Of a stretch of DNA of 64,000 nt, positions 47,070 through 57,258 are shown piece after piece. This DNA is from Candidatus Nitrospinota bacterium M3_3B_026 (GTDB lineage Bacteria; Nitrospinota_A; UBA7883; JBPRGF01). The DNA lies in the NCBI GenBank assembly GCA_051418015.1, contig JBPRGF010000029.1:96001-160000 (forward strand), given 5' to 3'. Under the pieces are notes generated by a model, which was not told the DNA's origin, searched no databases, and was given only the letters and a program-made list of their open reading frames with translations. Both the position numbers and the translations under genes were made by a program. Numbering within the stretch: the first letter of the stretch is position 1; every line of letters starts with the position of its first letter.

Positions 47070-48548
47070 ATGGGAAAATTTCAAGGTCGAGCCATGGGAA
47101 AAACGAGACGGAGCCGGAAAAAGAAAATACTCTGGTTGACTAACATAAACGAGATCGAATACGACATCCAGAAAATGTTCGCGAAAATGGCGGGCTACGA
47201 TTTGAAGATAGCCGTTCCTTCAGCGAACAACAACTACTTTTTCCCTGTGGACGTGGACATAGCCTACACGAACATGATAAGCGAGCAGATGATAACAAGG
47301 GCTTTGCGGGAATATGCGCCCGATATCATGGTCCATCGCTACCGTCAACCCATCGACCCGATCCTGGACTCGGCCATGAGCACGAACACCCGCGTTCTCG
47401 TCTGGGTAACCGAGCAGGGGCCCGAGAGGAACACCGAGATACAGCGGGCGCTCAATTTCCACAACGTTATAGTCAACAACGAGGCGGATTATAAAAGCTA
47501 CAGGCGCGCCGGGGTGGAGAACGTCTACTACATGCCCTTCTGCTGCGTGCCGGAGGTTCACAGGCGCGTAAAGGCTCCGGCGAAGTACAGAACGGATGTC
47601 GTCTGCTACGGGAACCCGCTTTATAAGCGTTATAAGTCAAAAAGACAAGCCATCGACACACTAGTGAAGCCCCTAATCGAGAAGAACCATGACATCTCCC
47701 TGTGGGGCATGGCGAAGGGGTACGGCGGCTGGCTTGAGATACCATACGTCAAGGACAGGGTCCACTACCGCGGCGTGTTCCCCTACGAGGATCTGCCCAA
47801 GGTGAACTCCGGGGCGAAGATAGTCCTCGGGATCACCGCCAACGCCGAGTACGGCGCCTACGGCAGCCGGCTCGCCCGGGCGCTGGGCTGCGGCTCTTTC
47901 GTGATCTGGCATTATACGAAGGGGATGGAGAACTATTTCGAGAACCACAAACAGCTCTGCTGGTCGTCGTCGCCGGAGGAGACCCTGGAGCTTGTCAGGT
48001 ACTACCTGAAACACGACAGGGAGCGGGAGAAGATCGCCAAGGAAGGGCAGCGCTACGCTTACGAGCATCTGAACTACAAAAAGCGGCTGATTCCTATCAT
48101 CGAGGACGTGTTGAGCCAGGGGGAGGTGAAAAACGCCTCGCGCTGGTACCAGAAGTTGGCGGCGTTCCGCGAGTCATACATTTTCGGCGATTATGGTGAG
48201 GCGCTTTCGCGGGGCGAGAGGATACTGTCCAACGGCGGCGCGCCGAGAGGGATAGAGAGCGAGATTTATTTCTACATGGGCAATATACGCTTCCAGCGTG
48301 GCGAGACCGAGGCCGCCGTGAACCTCTACTCGAAGGCGACAAGAAAGAGCAAAAGACCGGAGCTTTACAACAACAAGGGCGTGGCCATGCTCCATCTGGG
48401 CGAGCATGAAAAAGCGAAAAGGCTCATTTCGAGCGCGCTGAAACAGAGGGCCGGGTACAAGGACGCCGATTTCAATCTGATGTTCCTGCGGCTCAATCCC
48501 GGCGCGAAGTTGAACCTAAAGCTCACCCACCGCCTGATAAGGGAGTAG
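47070..48548 (+). CDS. CgeB-like GT-B glycosyltransferase with TPRs
   Basis: DVVCYGN, R.ARALGCGSF, YYLKHDREREKIAKEG; C-terminal TPRs (YNNKG). Confidence 0.8.
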   Translation: MGKFQGRAMGKTRRSRKKKILWLTNINEIEYDIQKMFAKMAGYDLKIAVPSANNNYFFPVDVDIAYTNMISEQMITRALREYAPDIMVHRYRQPIDPILDSAMSTNTRVLVWVTEQGPERNTEIQRALNFHNVIVNNEADYKSYRRAGVENVYYMPFCCVPEVHRRVKAPAKYRTDVVCYGNPLYKRYKSKRQAIDTLVKPLIEKNHDISLWGMAKGYGGWLEIPYVKDRVHYRGVFPYEDLPKVNSGAKIVLGITANAEYGAYGSRLARALGCGSFVIWHYTKGMENYFENHKQLCWSSSPEETLELVRYYLKHDREREKIAKEGQRYAYEHLNYKKRLIPIIEDVLSQGEVKNASRWYQKLAAFRESYIFGDYGEALSRGERILSNGGAPRGIESEIYFYMGNIRFQRGETEAAVNLYSKATRKSKRPELYNNKGVAMLHLGEHEKAKRLISSALKQRAGYKDADFNLMFLRLNPGAKLNLKLTHRLIRE

Positions 48549-48709
48549 GCGCGGCCCGGCCGCCTGGCTCTCCCGCGGCTAAAGATCAAACCGCGGCGGG
48601 CCGATAAATATGTTGATTTACATGAGCCAGACCCGCCCGGACAGGCCACGGGTGTTGTAATATAATCGGAGACTCGAAAGGCGTTAACCACATCTTTAAA
48701 AACCGCGTT

Positions 48710-50038
48710 ATGAAATCATTTGCGAAAAAGGATTTTCTGGAGGGGAAAGCCAGAATCGGCGTGTGGGGCGCTGGGTTCATCGGTGGCACAACGGCGATGG
48801 CCTACGCCAGCGAGGGGGTCAAGGTCATCTGCTACGATATCAATCCCAATGTCGCGCTGGATATCAACAGGGGCGTCCTCGGTGTGACGAACCTGGAGTA
48901 CTGGTTCGGCGCCACGATGAAGGAGTTTATTGACGGCGGGCTCATCCGCGCCACGAGCGACTGGGAGGAGATGCGCGCCGATGACATCAAGGCGCATTTC
49001 ATCGCGGTCCCGACGGAGCGGGAGGGAGCGCCCTGGGACGATGCCATCCTGGACGTCCTGGGTAAGCTGGGGGACTGCGCTGGCGATCTCGTCATCATCG
49101 AAAGCACATTGACTCCCGGCAGGATCGACAGAATGCTCACCGACGGGCTCAACATAGGCGTCGCCCCCCGGCGGGACTGGTTCCATTCACCGGACAAGAA
49201 TCTCAAGAACCTGCCCCGCGTTTTCGCTGGGGTCTCTCCACAGACCACGGAGATGATGCGCGAGGTGTTGTCCATCGTGTGCGACAACCTGCTGGCCGCG
49301 TCGGACCACCGGGTGGCGGAGCTCGTGAAATCCGTGGAGAACGCCCTCCTGCACGTCCCCGCCGTCCTGGCCACCCAACTCGTCCACGCCTACCCTGACA
49401 TTGATATAGACGAGGTGCTCAGCCTCGCCGCCACACATTGGAGAATACCCAAGTACTACCCCTCTTTCGGCACTGGAGGGTACTGCATACCGTTGTCGAG
49501 CAAATATGTCCTTCTCGGCTCGAGCAGGCCGGAGTCCCTTTCGATTCTGAAGTCCGCCGTGGAGTTCGACGCCGCCGAGCCCTACTATGTCGCTGAACGC
49601 GCGATAAGGGAGTCGCAGGGGGACAAGACTCTGGTTATGGGGATATCATACAAGGGAGATCTCAAGGTCCATGAGCTTTCGCCGGCCATCAAGATCATAG
49701 AGCGCCTTGTATCGAGCGGCAGGAGGATATTTGTCAATGACCCCTATTACTCCGAGGAGGAGATAAGCCGTCTTTTCAATGGAAAAGTGACTCCCTATGA
49801 CATAAAGGCCGGGCTCGACGGGTTCGATTCAATCGTCATAGTCACCGATCACAAGATGTACGGGCGGATACCGCTGAGGAGGCTCACCGGCGAACTCAAG
49901 GAGGGGTGCGCCGTTTTCGACAATTACGGGATATGGAAAAAGTTCAAAAAACCTCTGGAGAACACGGGGGTCAGGTACTACAAGGTGGGGCAAAGGGGAT
50001 ATGTCGACGACGGCGTCAGATCCGGCGCCTGCCTCTGA
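48710..50038 (+). CDS. UDP-sugar (UDP-Glc/GDP-Man/UDP-ManNAc family) dehydrogenase
   Basis: GAGFIG, IAVPT, IESTLTPG, AELVKSVEN, GTGGYCIP, GISYK, DPY. Confidence 0.88.
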   Translation: MKSFAKKDFLEGKARIGVWGAGFIGGTTAMAYASEGVKVICYDINPNVALDINRGVLGVTNLEYWFGATMKEFIDGGLIRATSDWEEMRADDIKAHFIAVPTEREGAPWDDAILDVLGKLGDCAGDLVIIESTLTPGRIDRMLTDGLNIGVAPRRDWFHSPDKNLKNLPRVFAGVSPQTTEMMREVLSIVCDNLLAASDHRVAELVKSVENALLHVPAVLATQLVHAYPDIDIDEVLSLAATHWRIPKYYPSFGTGGYCIPLSSKYVLLGSSRPESLSILKSAVEFDAAEPYYVAERAIRESQGDKTLVMGISYKGDLKVHELSPAIKIIERLVSSGRRIFVNDPYYSEEEISRLFNGKVTPYDIKAGLDGFDSIVIVTDHKMYGRIPLRRLTGELKEGCAVFDNYGIWKKFKKPLENTGVRYYKVGQRGYVDDGVRSGACL

Positions 50039-51086
50039 CAGCAGGGTGAAAATGCCCGGGCCGGATCATCGATTCAGCGTTTACAAGATGATCCATCACG
50101 ACATGCGTTCGCCCTGGCCCATTCATGTCCAGATGGATATCACGGGCTCGTGCAATCACGGATGCGTGTTCTGCTACTGGCGCAAGGGGGCCAGGAACCA
50201 GAATTACAAGGGCGACTACATAAAGGAGATACCTTATCTCGAGACGGAGACCGTGCTGAAGGCTCTGGACGAGTTCAGGGACGCCGGGGTCAAGGCGATA
50301 ACCTTCGTCGGAGGCGGCGAGCCCCTCATCCACAAGGACATCGACAAAATCCTCCGCCGCGTGATTGACAACGGGTTTCACTTCGGCGTCATCACCAACC
50401 TCAGCCGCCTTCCCGGCAGCCTGGACGCCCTGGCGGCGGCGGACTGGATCCGGGTGAGCCTGGACGCCGCCACGGACGACGCCTACCAGCTCATGCACGC
50501 CCCGGAGGACGGGACAACCCTCGCCGCCGCCCTGGAGAACGTAAAGCGAGTCGTCGGGCGGACTGAGGTGGGGGCCAGCTTCATGGTCCACAGGCTCAAC
50601 AGGAACGAGATTTACAAGGCCGCCGAGACGATGAAATCCCTCGGCGCGAGGTATATCCAGTTCAAGCCGGTGTACGACAAAGACAGGGGAAAAAGCATCG
50701 CCGATTTCATGGACGAGATAAAGCGTCAGCTGGACGCGGCATCGGCCCTCTCGGACGAGGGGTTCGAGGTGGTGGACCTTTTGAGCAGGGTGGGGCAGAT
50801 GTCGGCGGCCTCGAGGGGGTTTGACATCTGCCGGATACATAACTACCAGATACAGCTCGGCGTCGACGGAAACATATACCCTTGCTGCGTCCTGAAATAT
50901 GTCGGGGAATTTTCCTTCGGGAATATCCGCGATTCCGCGTTCAAGGAGATCTGGAACTCGGCGAAAAGAAAAGATGTCGTCCCCAGGCTGAACTCGCGTG
51001 ACTGCCCCAACTGCTGGTTCGACAAGACCAACGAGTTCCTGGAGTACTCTCTCGCCGAGAAGACGGCTCATGCCTATTTCGTTTAG
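50001..51086 (+). CDS. Radical SAM / SPASM(twitch)-domain protein
   Basis: CNHGCVFC, GGGEPL, ITN, RVSLDA; C..DGNIYPCC..GNI..IWNS..CPNC. Confidence 0.9.
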   Translation: MSTTASDPAPASDSRVKMPGPDHRFSVYKMIHHDMRSPWPIHVQMDITGSCNHGCVFCYWRKGARNQNYKGDYIKEIPYLETETVLKALDEFRDAGVKAITFVGGGEPLIHKDIDKILRRVIDNGFHFGVITNLSRLPGSLDALAAADWIRVSLDAATDDAYQLMHAPEDGTTLAAALENVKRVVGRTEVGASFMVHRLNRNEIYKAAETMKSLGARYIQFKPVYDKDRGKSIADFMDEIKRQLDAASALSDEGFEVVDLLSRVGQMSAASRGFDICRIHNYQIQLGVDGNIYPCCVLKYVGEFSFGNIRDSAFKEIWNSAKRKDVVPRLNSRDCPNCWFDKTNEFLEYSLAEKTAHAYFV

Positions 51087-51115
51087 GGCGGCATGAGCTG
51101 CCAAACGGCCTTCGG

Positions 51116-52246
51116 ATGATGAGAAAACCGGTTGTCGTAATAGTGGGTACCCGCCCGGAGTTTCTGAAAATGGCTCCGGTGGTGTGGGCCATGAGAAAGA
51201 TCGAGTCGCTGTTCCCCTACGTGATATCCACCGGCCAGCACAGGGAGCTTCTCGACGAGTTGGAGCAGGAGCTCGGGATACGGCCTGATGAGGATTTGCG
51301 GATAATGGCGCGGGACCAGACCCTGACCGATGTCATGGGGAAGGTTCTCTCCCTTCTTCCCCCGCGGCTCAGGGAGATAAAGCCAGCCGCGGTCCTCGTG
51401 CAGGGGGATACGAGCACGGCCTTCGCCGCTGCCGCCGCGGCGTTTTCCGAAAAGATACCCGTGGGGCATGTCGAGGCGGGGCTGAGAACGCATGACAAAT
51501 GGAGGCCGTTCCCCGAAGAGATGAACAGGAGACTCATCTCCCCGTTGGCCGACTTCCATTTCGCCCCCAGCGACAGGGCGACGGGAAACCTCGCAAGGGA
51601 GGGGATCGAGACGAACGTGTTCATGACTGGCAACACCATAATAGACACGTTGAAGTTCCTGTCGAACGGCGTCAGGCCCGCATCGAACCGTGATCTTGGA
51701 GACTTCCTGCGCCTTGAGACGCCCTACTTTTTCGTGACGGCGCACAGGAGGGAGAACTGGGGGGAGCCTCTGGAGACGATATGCTCCGCCGTGAAAAATC
51801 TCGCGGACAGGGGGTATAACTTCTTGTGGGCGGCGCACCCCAATCCAAAAGTGCGCGACACTGTATATTCGGCGCTGGGAGGGCACGAGAGGGTCAGGCT
51901 CGTCGAGCCGCTCGATTATGTCGACTGCCTCAAAGCGATCAGAATGAGCGTCGCCGTCCTCACCGACTCGGGAGGGATACAGGAGGAGGCCGCCGCTTTC
52001 GGCAAACCGGTCTTTGTGCTCAGGGAGTCAACCGAGCGTCAGGAAATCGTCGAGGAGGGGCTGGCCAAGCTCGTCGGCCACAGGGCGGAGATCATCGTCT
52101 CCCACGTGGAGAGTCTCGGGGCCCCGCGCCTTCTCGGGAACAACGGCGGGCCGGGGCGAAGATACCTGTATGGCGACGGCGCCGCGGGCGAAAAAATAGT
52201 CGATATCCTGGAAAAAAGCCTCGCGGAGCTCGCCGGCTCCCTGTGA
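51116..52246 (+). CDS. wecB: UDP-N-acetylglucosamine 2-epimerase (non-hydrolysing)
   Basis: GTRPE, TGQH, VQGDT, HVEAGLR, PFPEEMNR, TDSGGIQEEA, YGDG. Confidence 0.95.
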   Translation: MMRKPVVVIVGTRPEFLKMAPVVWAMRKIESLFPYVISTGQHRELLDELEQELGIRPDEDLRIMARDQTLTDVMGKVLSLLPPRLREIKPAAVLVQGDTSTAFAAAAAAFSEKIPVGHVEAGLRTHDKWRPFPEEMNRRLISPLADFHFAPSDRATGNLAREGIETNVFMTGNTIIDTLKFLSNGVRPASNRDLGDFLRLETPYFFVTAHRRENWGEPLETICSAVKNLADRGYNFLWAAHPNPKVRDTVYSALGGHERVRLVEPLDYVDCLKAIRMSVAVLTDSGGIQEEAAAFGKPVFVLRESTERQEIVEEGLAKLVGHRAEIIVSHVESLGAPRLLGNNGGPGRRYLYGDGAAGEKIVDILEKSLAELAGSL

Positions 52247-52256
52247 CCATAAGCCG

Positions 52257-53249
52257 ATGAGACTCGATAGGGGCGCCTGGCTGGTCACCGGCGGAGCGGG
52301 ATTTATCGGGTCCCACGTGGTGGACGCGGCTCTGCTCGAGGACGCCGGGGCGGTGGTGGCCCTGGATAACCTGCTTTCCGGGCGGCGGGACAACCTTTCG
52401 CACATCAGGGACGAAAGATTCCGTTTCGTCGAGGGGGACTACGGCGACGGCCCCCTCCTGGACAGGCTCTTCGCGGAATTTCGCTTTACCCATGTCCTCC
52501 ACGTCGGCGCGGTGGCCGGCTACGCCAGGGGCGCGGAAAACCCCGAGAGGTGCCTGAGGGGCAACGTCATCGGAACATACACCTTGCTGGAGAAGGCAAA
52601 GAAGCGCGGCGTTGTCTCGTTCGTGTACGCCTCCTCCTCAGGCATATACGGAGACGGTGATATCCTGCCCATAAAGGAGGGAGCGCCGGACAGGCCCAGG
52701 GCGGTATACACGGTGTCCAAGCAGGCGGCGGAGAACCTCTGTCTGACCTTCAACAAGCTCCACGGCGTGAACGCCGTCTCGCTGCGTTTCAACAACGCCT
52801 ACGGGCCGAGGGAGCGCGGCGATGAGTATACCGGTGTGGCGGCGAGATTTCTCCGGAACGCCCTTTCCGGCGAGCCGCTTACCGTCATGGGGACGGGGGA
52901 CGAGACGAGGGACTTCATTTATGTCACGGACCTTGCGAAGGCCGTCGTCATGGCCGCTAAGGCGGACGGTCTTGGGGGGGAGATAGTGAACATCGGCGGC
53001 GGCGTCGAAACGCGGATCGCCGGCCTGGCGGAGAGAATTCTGGACATCACGGGGAGGCGGCGTGAAGGGATGATAAAGAGCGCGCCCCCCCTGCCGGACA
53101 GGGTGAAGCGAAAATCGACAAGCGTTGAGAAAGCGGAGCGAACGCTCGGGTTCAGGGCCGAGATATCCCTCGATGAGGGTTTAAGGAGGACGGCGGCGTG
53201 GATGGCGGAGGCGTTAGCTCTTACGCCGCAAAAGGGGGAAGCGGGATGA
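52257..53249 (+). CDS. NAD-dependent nucleotide-sugar epimerase/dehydratase
   Basis: TGGAGFIGSH, ASSS, YTVSK, NAYGP, TRDFIYV. Confidence 0.93.
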   Translation: MRLDRGAWLVTGGAGFIGSHVVDAALLEDAGAVVALDNLLSGRRDNLSHIRDERFRFVEGDYGDGPLLDRLFAEFRFTHVLHVGAVAGYARGAENPERCLRGNVIGTYTLLEKAKKRGVVSFVYASSSGIYGDGDILPIKEGAPDRPRAVYTVSKQAAENLCLTFNKLHGVNAVSLRFNNAYGPRERGDEYTGVAARFLRNALSGEPLTVMGTGDETRDFIYVTDLAKAVVMAAKADGLGGEIVNIGGGVETRIAGLAERILDITGRRREGMIKSAPPLPDRVKRKSTSVEKAERTLGFRAEISLDEGLRRTAAWMAEALALTPQKGEAG

Positions 53250-54589
53250 GAAGGGTCAGCGTGATCATCCCCACGTTCAACCAGGCCGAGTACCTGCCGG
53301 AGACGATCGAGAGCGTCCTGTCGCAGGAAGGCGTCGACGTCGAGGTCATAGTGGTGAACGATGGCTCCACGGACGAAACTGAAAAAGTTCTGGAAGGCTA
53401 CGGCGGCAAGATAACCGTCATAAGCCAGCCGAATACCGGCGTCCCCGGCGCTCTCAACGCCGGCCTGGAACGCGCAAGCTGTGACTGGGTCAGCTGGATA
53501 GCCTCCGACAACGTCTTCTGCCCCAGCGCCTTGAAAAGACTTCTGGACGTGGCGGAAGGGCATGACATCGCCTACGCCGACCAGGTGGAGATGGACGAGA
53601 CCCTCTCGTACATCACGCACAAGAAACTCCTTTTCCCTTACAGCTTCGAGCGTGTGTTCTGCGACGACAGGAACTGGGCCATACACCTTTCCATATCTTT
53701 CGTGTATCGCAAATCCCTGCACCGCGCCGCCGGATGGTATGACCCCGCTTTCACGAACGTGCACGATTTCGAGATGTTCCTGAGGTTCGCGAAGGCGGGG
53801 GGGCGTTTCGTTTACGCTCCGGAGACGCTCATCAAAATAAGATCGCACGTGGCCGACGGCCGCAGGGTCCACCAGCGCTCTCCCGAGGGGATGAGGCGCC
53901 ACGACGAGCAGACGCGCAGGATAATACAGGCCGCCATGGAGTGGAGAGCCTCGCGTAGGCTGACGGTTGTGGAGCAGGGAGCGCGCCACGCCGACGTCAT
54001 TGTCGAGGAGGCGTCCGGGCTAGCCCGCCGGGGGTGCCTGCAAGAGGCGGTGGAGTTGGTCCCGAACGATGTCGGCGAAGACGTCTACACTCTTGTCCGG
54101 CTCGGGTGGTTCCTCGACAGGCTCGGCCTCCCGGCGCGCGCCGTGGAGCTTTTTTCGAAGGCGCTCAAGCTCGATCCTGAAAGGGTGGAATGCGCGCAGT
54201 TTTTATGGTTGTACAGCTCTCTGGGGATGATCGGAGGGAACGGCGCGGGGCCTTTCCCGCTCGCCGCCGCCGGGCACGCCTTCAACGGACGTGTTCTGGA
54301 CGGTCTGAAAAAAAGCGGCTCGCGCAGGGTTTTCGTCATCGGCCACGGGCTCACGGCGCTGGAGGCCAGCTGCTACCTTCTGCGGGAAGGTTTTGAGATA
54401 AGCGCCTATTGCGACACGCGCCGGGAGCACGCCTGGGGAAAGTTTCTGGGAGAAGATATCGCGCATCTGTCCGGCGTTGGCGATTATCCCGGCTCGGCGG
54501 TTCTGGCCGCCGTGGAGTCCAAGTACCACGGCGAAGTGCGGGAGGCGATTGCTGGGACCGGGCGCGAAAGCGGCGTGATCTTCGTCTAA
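53246..54589 (+). CDS. GT2 glycosyltransferase with TPR and C-terminal Rossmann-like module
   Basis: VSVIIPTFN, VVNDGSTD, ALNAG, ASDN, HDFEMFLR; C-terminal VFVIGHG. Confidence 0.88.
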   Translation: MRRVSVIIPTFNQAEYLPETIESVLSQEGVDVEVIVVNDGSTDETEKVLEGYGGKITVISQPNTGVPGALNAGLERASCDWVSWIASDNVFCPSALKRLLDVAEGHDIAYADQVEMDETLSYITHKKLLFPYSFERVFCDDRNWAIHLSISFVYRKSLHRAAGWYDPAFTNVHDFEMFLRFAKAGGRFVYAPETLIKIRSHVADGRRVHQRSPEGMRRHDEQTRRIIQAAMEWRASRRLTVVEQGARHADVIVEEASGLARRGCLQEAVELVPNDVGEDVYTLVRLGWFLDRLGLPARAVELFSKALKLDPERVECAQFLWLYSSLGMIGGNGAGPFPLAAAGHAFNGRVLDGLKKSGSRRVFVIGHGLTALEASCYLLREGFEISAYCDTRREHAWGKFLGEDIAHLSGVGDYPGSAVLAAVESKYHGEVREAIAGTGRESGVIFV

Positions 54590-54604
54590 GCTCACGCGCG
54601 GCGG

Positions 54605-56323
54605 CTACTCGTAGCCGTAGATGTCGAAGACCCCCGGATAGGTGGTTTTGATAAGCTCGTTCAGCTCGTCGTCGAAGACGTCCCTCCACGCCTCGGAGTT
54701 TCCCTTGAAGAACGTCGTGGACTTTTCGTTGTAAAGCGATTCCGCCACCTCCTCCGGATCGCCTTCGGCGCCGATATACTCCATGACCTTCGACACCGTT
54801 TCGACCTGTTTTGCCCTGCTCCCCCCGCCGCCAGGGCCGACGAGGTCCTCGTAGCGGACGTCGAGAACCTTCGGGTTCAGCCTGAGATAGCCCATTTCAA
54901 GAAAATACGTGCGGGGCTCCCATCCGCTGCTTAGAAGATATTTTACCCTGTCCTCCAGTCTCGGAATCGCCGTTAGAACAGCGACAGCCGTTCTGGCCGA
55001 AGCGCTGTTGTGGAGGCCTCCGAACCGCTCGTCACAGACATAATTGACCTGCGAGACGACGGCGGCGCGCGGGTCGCGGTAGTTGAATATTATTTTCGCT
55101 TCGCCGCTTTCAAGCATGGACAGGATCTCGCGGCACTTGTTCATCCTCATCATGTGAGTGAGAAGGAACTCCCCCTCACCGAGTCCTTTGACGTCGCCCG
55201 TTGTCGCTTCTTCCACTATCTTTTTGGTGTAGCCGAGGTTTTCCACAAGCCCTGATATGAGGCCCGTCCCGGTTTTCGGTATGGAGATGACGATAACTTT
55301 CGTCACGTCTTTCATCAGCGACCCGGTCCGGGATCGTGACTTGCGGCGGGATGGCTTCGGTACGTCCATTTCCAATTCCCCCGGCTCGTACATGCTGTAT
55401 ATCTCCACTTTTTCAGGGAGAAATGGGCGGATGGCCGAGGCGATCTCGTCCTGGTAGCGGTGGGATGAGACCACCACCAGATCGGGCGGGTCCCTGAAAA
55501 GCTCCCAGGTCGGGCGCGGCGTGAAATCCCAGCCAGGCTCCGGCTTGCGGGGGCTCCTGTCAAAAACGCCCGTTATCTGCGCCTGGTCAAAAAGACGTTT
55601 CTTGCGAAAAAGCTTCGCGGTGTGTTCTCCGCCGCCGCAGACGGCCACCCGCTCGCCGTTTTTTCCGGCGTCCCTCATTCTGCGCCGCAGCCTGCTCAGC
55701 GTGTCCCCTTTTTTCTCCGCGGAGATGAGAACGAGCATGTTGTCTGATGGGTCGTGCTGGACTCCAAAGGACTCCAGGCCGTCCACCATGGTTATTTCTA
55801 TCCTCCAGAACCCCGCCTCCTTAAGCGCATCACGGATCTGTTCTTCATCCGCGACCTTCCACATATGCGAAGGACAGCCATTGGCGCCCGGATTCCTGCC
55901 GTCGAGGGGCATGGCGGCCAGAAGCCTGCATCCGTGGCGGAGGACCCTCCATATCTCCCGCAAGCCGCCGGCCGGGTCGGAGAAATGCTCGAGCACATTG
56001 TCGGCTAACACCATGTCGAAAGCGTCGTCCTGGAACCCGAGGCGCTGGCCGTCCATGACGGCGAGCTTAAGCGGATATCTTTGCGAAGCGGCGCGGACGA
56101 ATTTTTCCACTATGTCCACCCCGTAGCATTTCACGCTGGAGGAGATGTGGTGGAGCCAGTATCCGTCGCCTACCCCGATCTCCAGTATCGTTCCGGCGTC
56201 TTCGGGGATCATGTCGAACAGACGTTTCTGCAGCGACCAGTGCCGATCCCCCTTTGGAGCGCTCTGGAGGACGTAGTTTTCGTTCTCCTTCTCCTGAAGG
56301 GAGATATAATTTTCAGATGTCAT
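54605..56323 (-). CDS. Fusion of SAM methyltransferase, Rossmann-like module and sulfotransferase
   Basis: LEIGVGDG, VLEH (methyltransferase); VAVCGGGEHT; SIPKTGT and YRDPR PAPS motifs, VRYEDL, TFFKG. Confidence 0.82.
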   Translation of the reverse strand: MTSENYISLQEKENENYVLQSAPKGDRHWSLQKRLFDMIPEDAGTILEIGVGDGYWLHHISSSVKCYGVDIVEKFVRAASQRYPLKLAVMDGQRLGFQDDAFDMVLADNVLEHFSDPAGGLREIWRVLRHGCRLLAAMPLDGRNPGANGCPSHMWKVADEEQIRDALKEAGFWRIEITMVDGLESFGVQHDPSDNMLVLISAEKKGDTLSRLRRRMRDAGKNGERVAVCGGGEHTAKLFRKKRLFDQAQITGVFDRSPRKPEPGWDFTPRPTWELFRDPPDLVVVSSHRYQDEIASAIRPFLPEKVEIYSMYEPGELEMDVPKPSRRKSRSRTGSLMKDVTKVIVISIPKTGTGLISGLVENLGYTKKIVEEATTGDVKGLGEGEFLLTHMMRMNKCREILSMLESGEAKIIFNYRDPRAAVVSQVNYVCDERFGGLHNSASARTAVAVLTAIPRLEDRVKYLLSSGWEPRTYFLEMGYLRLNPKVLDVRYEDLVGPGGGGSRAKQVETVSKVMEYIGAEGDPEEVAESLYNEKSTTFFKGNSEAWRDVFDDELNELIKTTYPGVFDIYGYE

Positions 56324-56365
56324 CGGCTTGTCCGGCCTCCGGCTCCGCGCTGGCTTCACAGAATA

Positions 56366-57202
56366 TTATTTTACCGCGAAAACGAGCAGATAAAATCCCG
56401 TCTCGCTCGCCAGGTCGCCGGTCTTCGCCAATTCGGCGGCCCGGCGCAGGAACGATCGTATCTCTTCGTCCTCGACGGCATTTATCTCATCGGCCGTCAG
56501 GGGCAAAGTGTCATGCGTCGGGTTGTGTACGCGGACTTCGACCTTCGAGAAATCCTCGAAGAGATCCTCGGCCTCTTTCCTGGAGTAGACTTTGGCGAGA
56601 GGACAGTCCGGGCGCTGCTCCACGGTCTCCTCGAGTATTTTCCGCTTGTCCATGGTTTTGAGCCTGCCCTCTACGACGCCCTGGAGGTAAAGATAATGAT
56701 AGTAATACCACATGGAATCCCTGTGATAGAGCATGACGATGGCCTCGCCGCCCGGCTTTAAGACGCGGTGTATCTCTTTGACCGCCACGTCGGTTCTGGG
56801 CACCGAGAGGAGCACGCCCATCGAATAGGCGATGTCGAAGGAGCCGGAGGCGAAAGGCAGCGTCTGCGCGTCACCCTGGATTATGTGGTTCTGAAGCTCC
56901 ATGACCTCGAAGTGGCGTTTCGTAAGCGCCGTCGCCTTGCTGGTAAGGTCCATGGACGTGACGTCGGCGCCGGCTCTTGCGAACTGGGCCGAGTCCGTCC
57001 CCGCGCCGCACCCGACCTCGAGGACTTTTTTGCCCCTGGCGCGGGAAAAATCGACATCGTCGAACATATCCCGGTAGACAGAGTAGCGATGCGCCGCCAC
57101 TTTCTCGAACTGCTCCCGCGTTCGTATATCCTCATGCGGCGCGGGGCCCGGCGGCCCCTGCTCCCAGTAGTCCCGTATTTCCCTTTCAATATCTATCGTC
57201 AT
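56366..57202 (-). CDS. Class I SAM-dependent methyltransferase
   Basis: Start MTIDIE; VLEVGCGAGTD, GDAQTLPF, FDIAYS.GVL, EIHRVLKPGG. Confidence 0.9.
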   Translation of the reverse strand: MTIDIEREIRDYWEQGPPGPAPHEDIRTREQFEKVAAHRYSVYRDMFDDVDFSRARGKKVLEVGCGAGTDSAQFARAGADVTSMDLTSKATALTKRHFEVMELQNHIIQGDAQTLPFASGSFDIAYSMGVLLSVPRTDVAVKEIHRVLKPGGEAIVMLYHRDSMWYYYHYLYLQGVVEGRLKTMDKRKILEETVEQRPDCPLAKVYSRKEAEDLFEDFSKVEVRVHNPTHDTLPLTADEINAVEDEEIRSFLRRAAELAKTGDLASETGFYLLVFAVK

Positions 57203-57258
57203 TTCATCTCCCAATGTCTCGTTGTGGCAGTGAAATAAATACCATATATAAACGGCCT

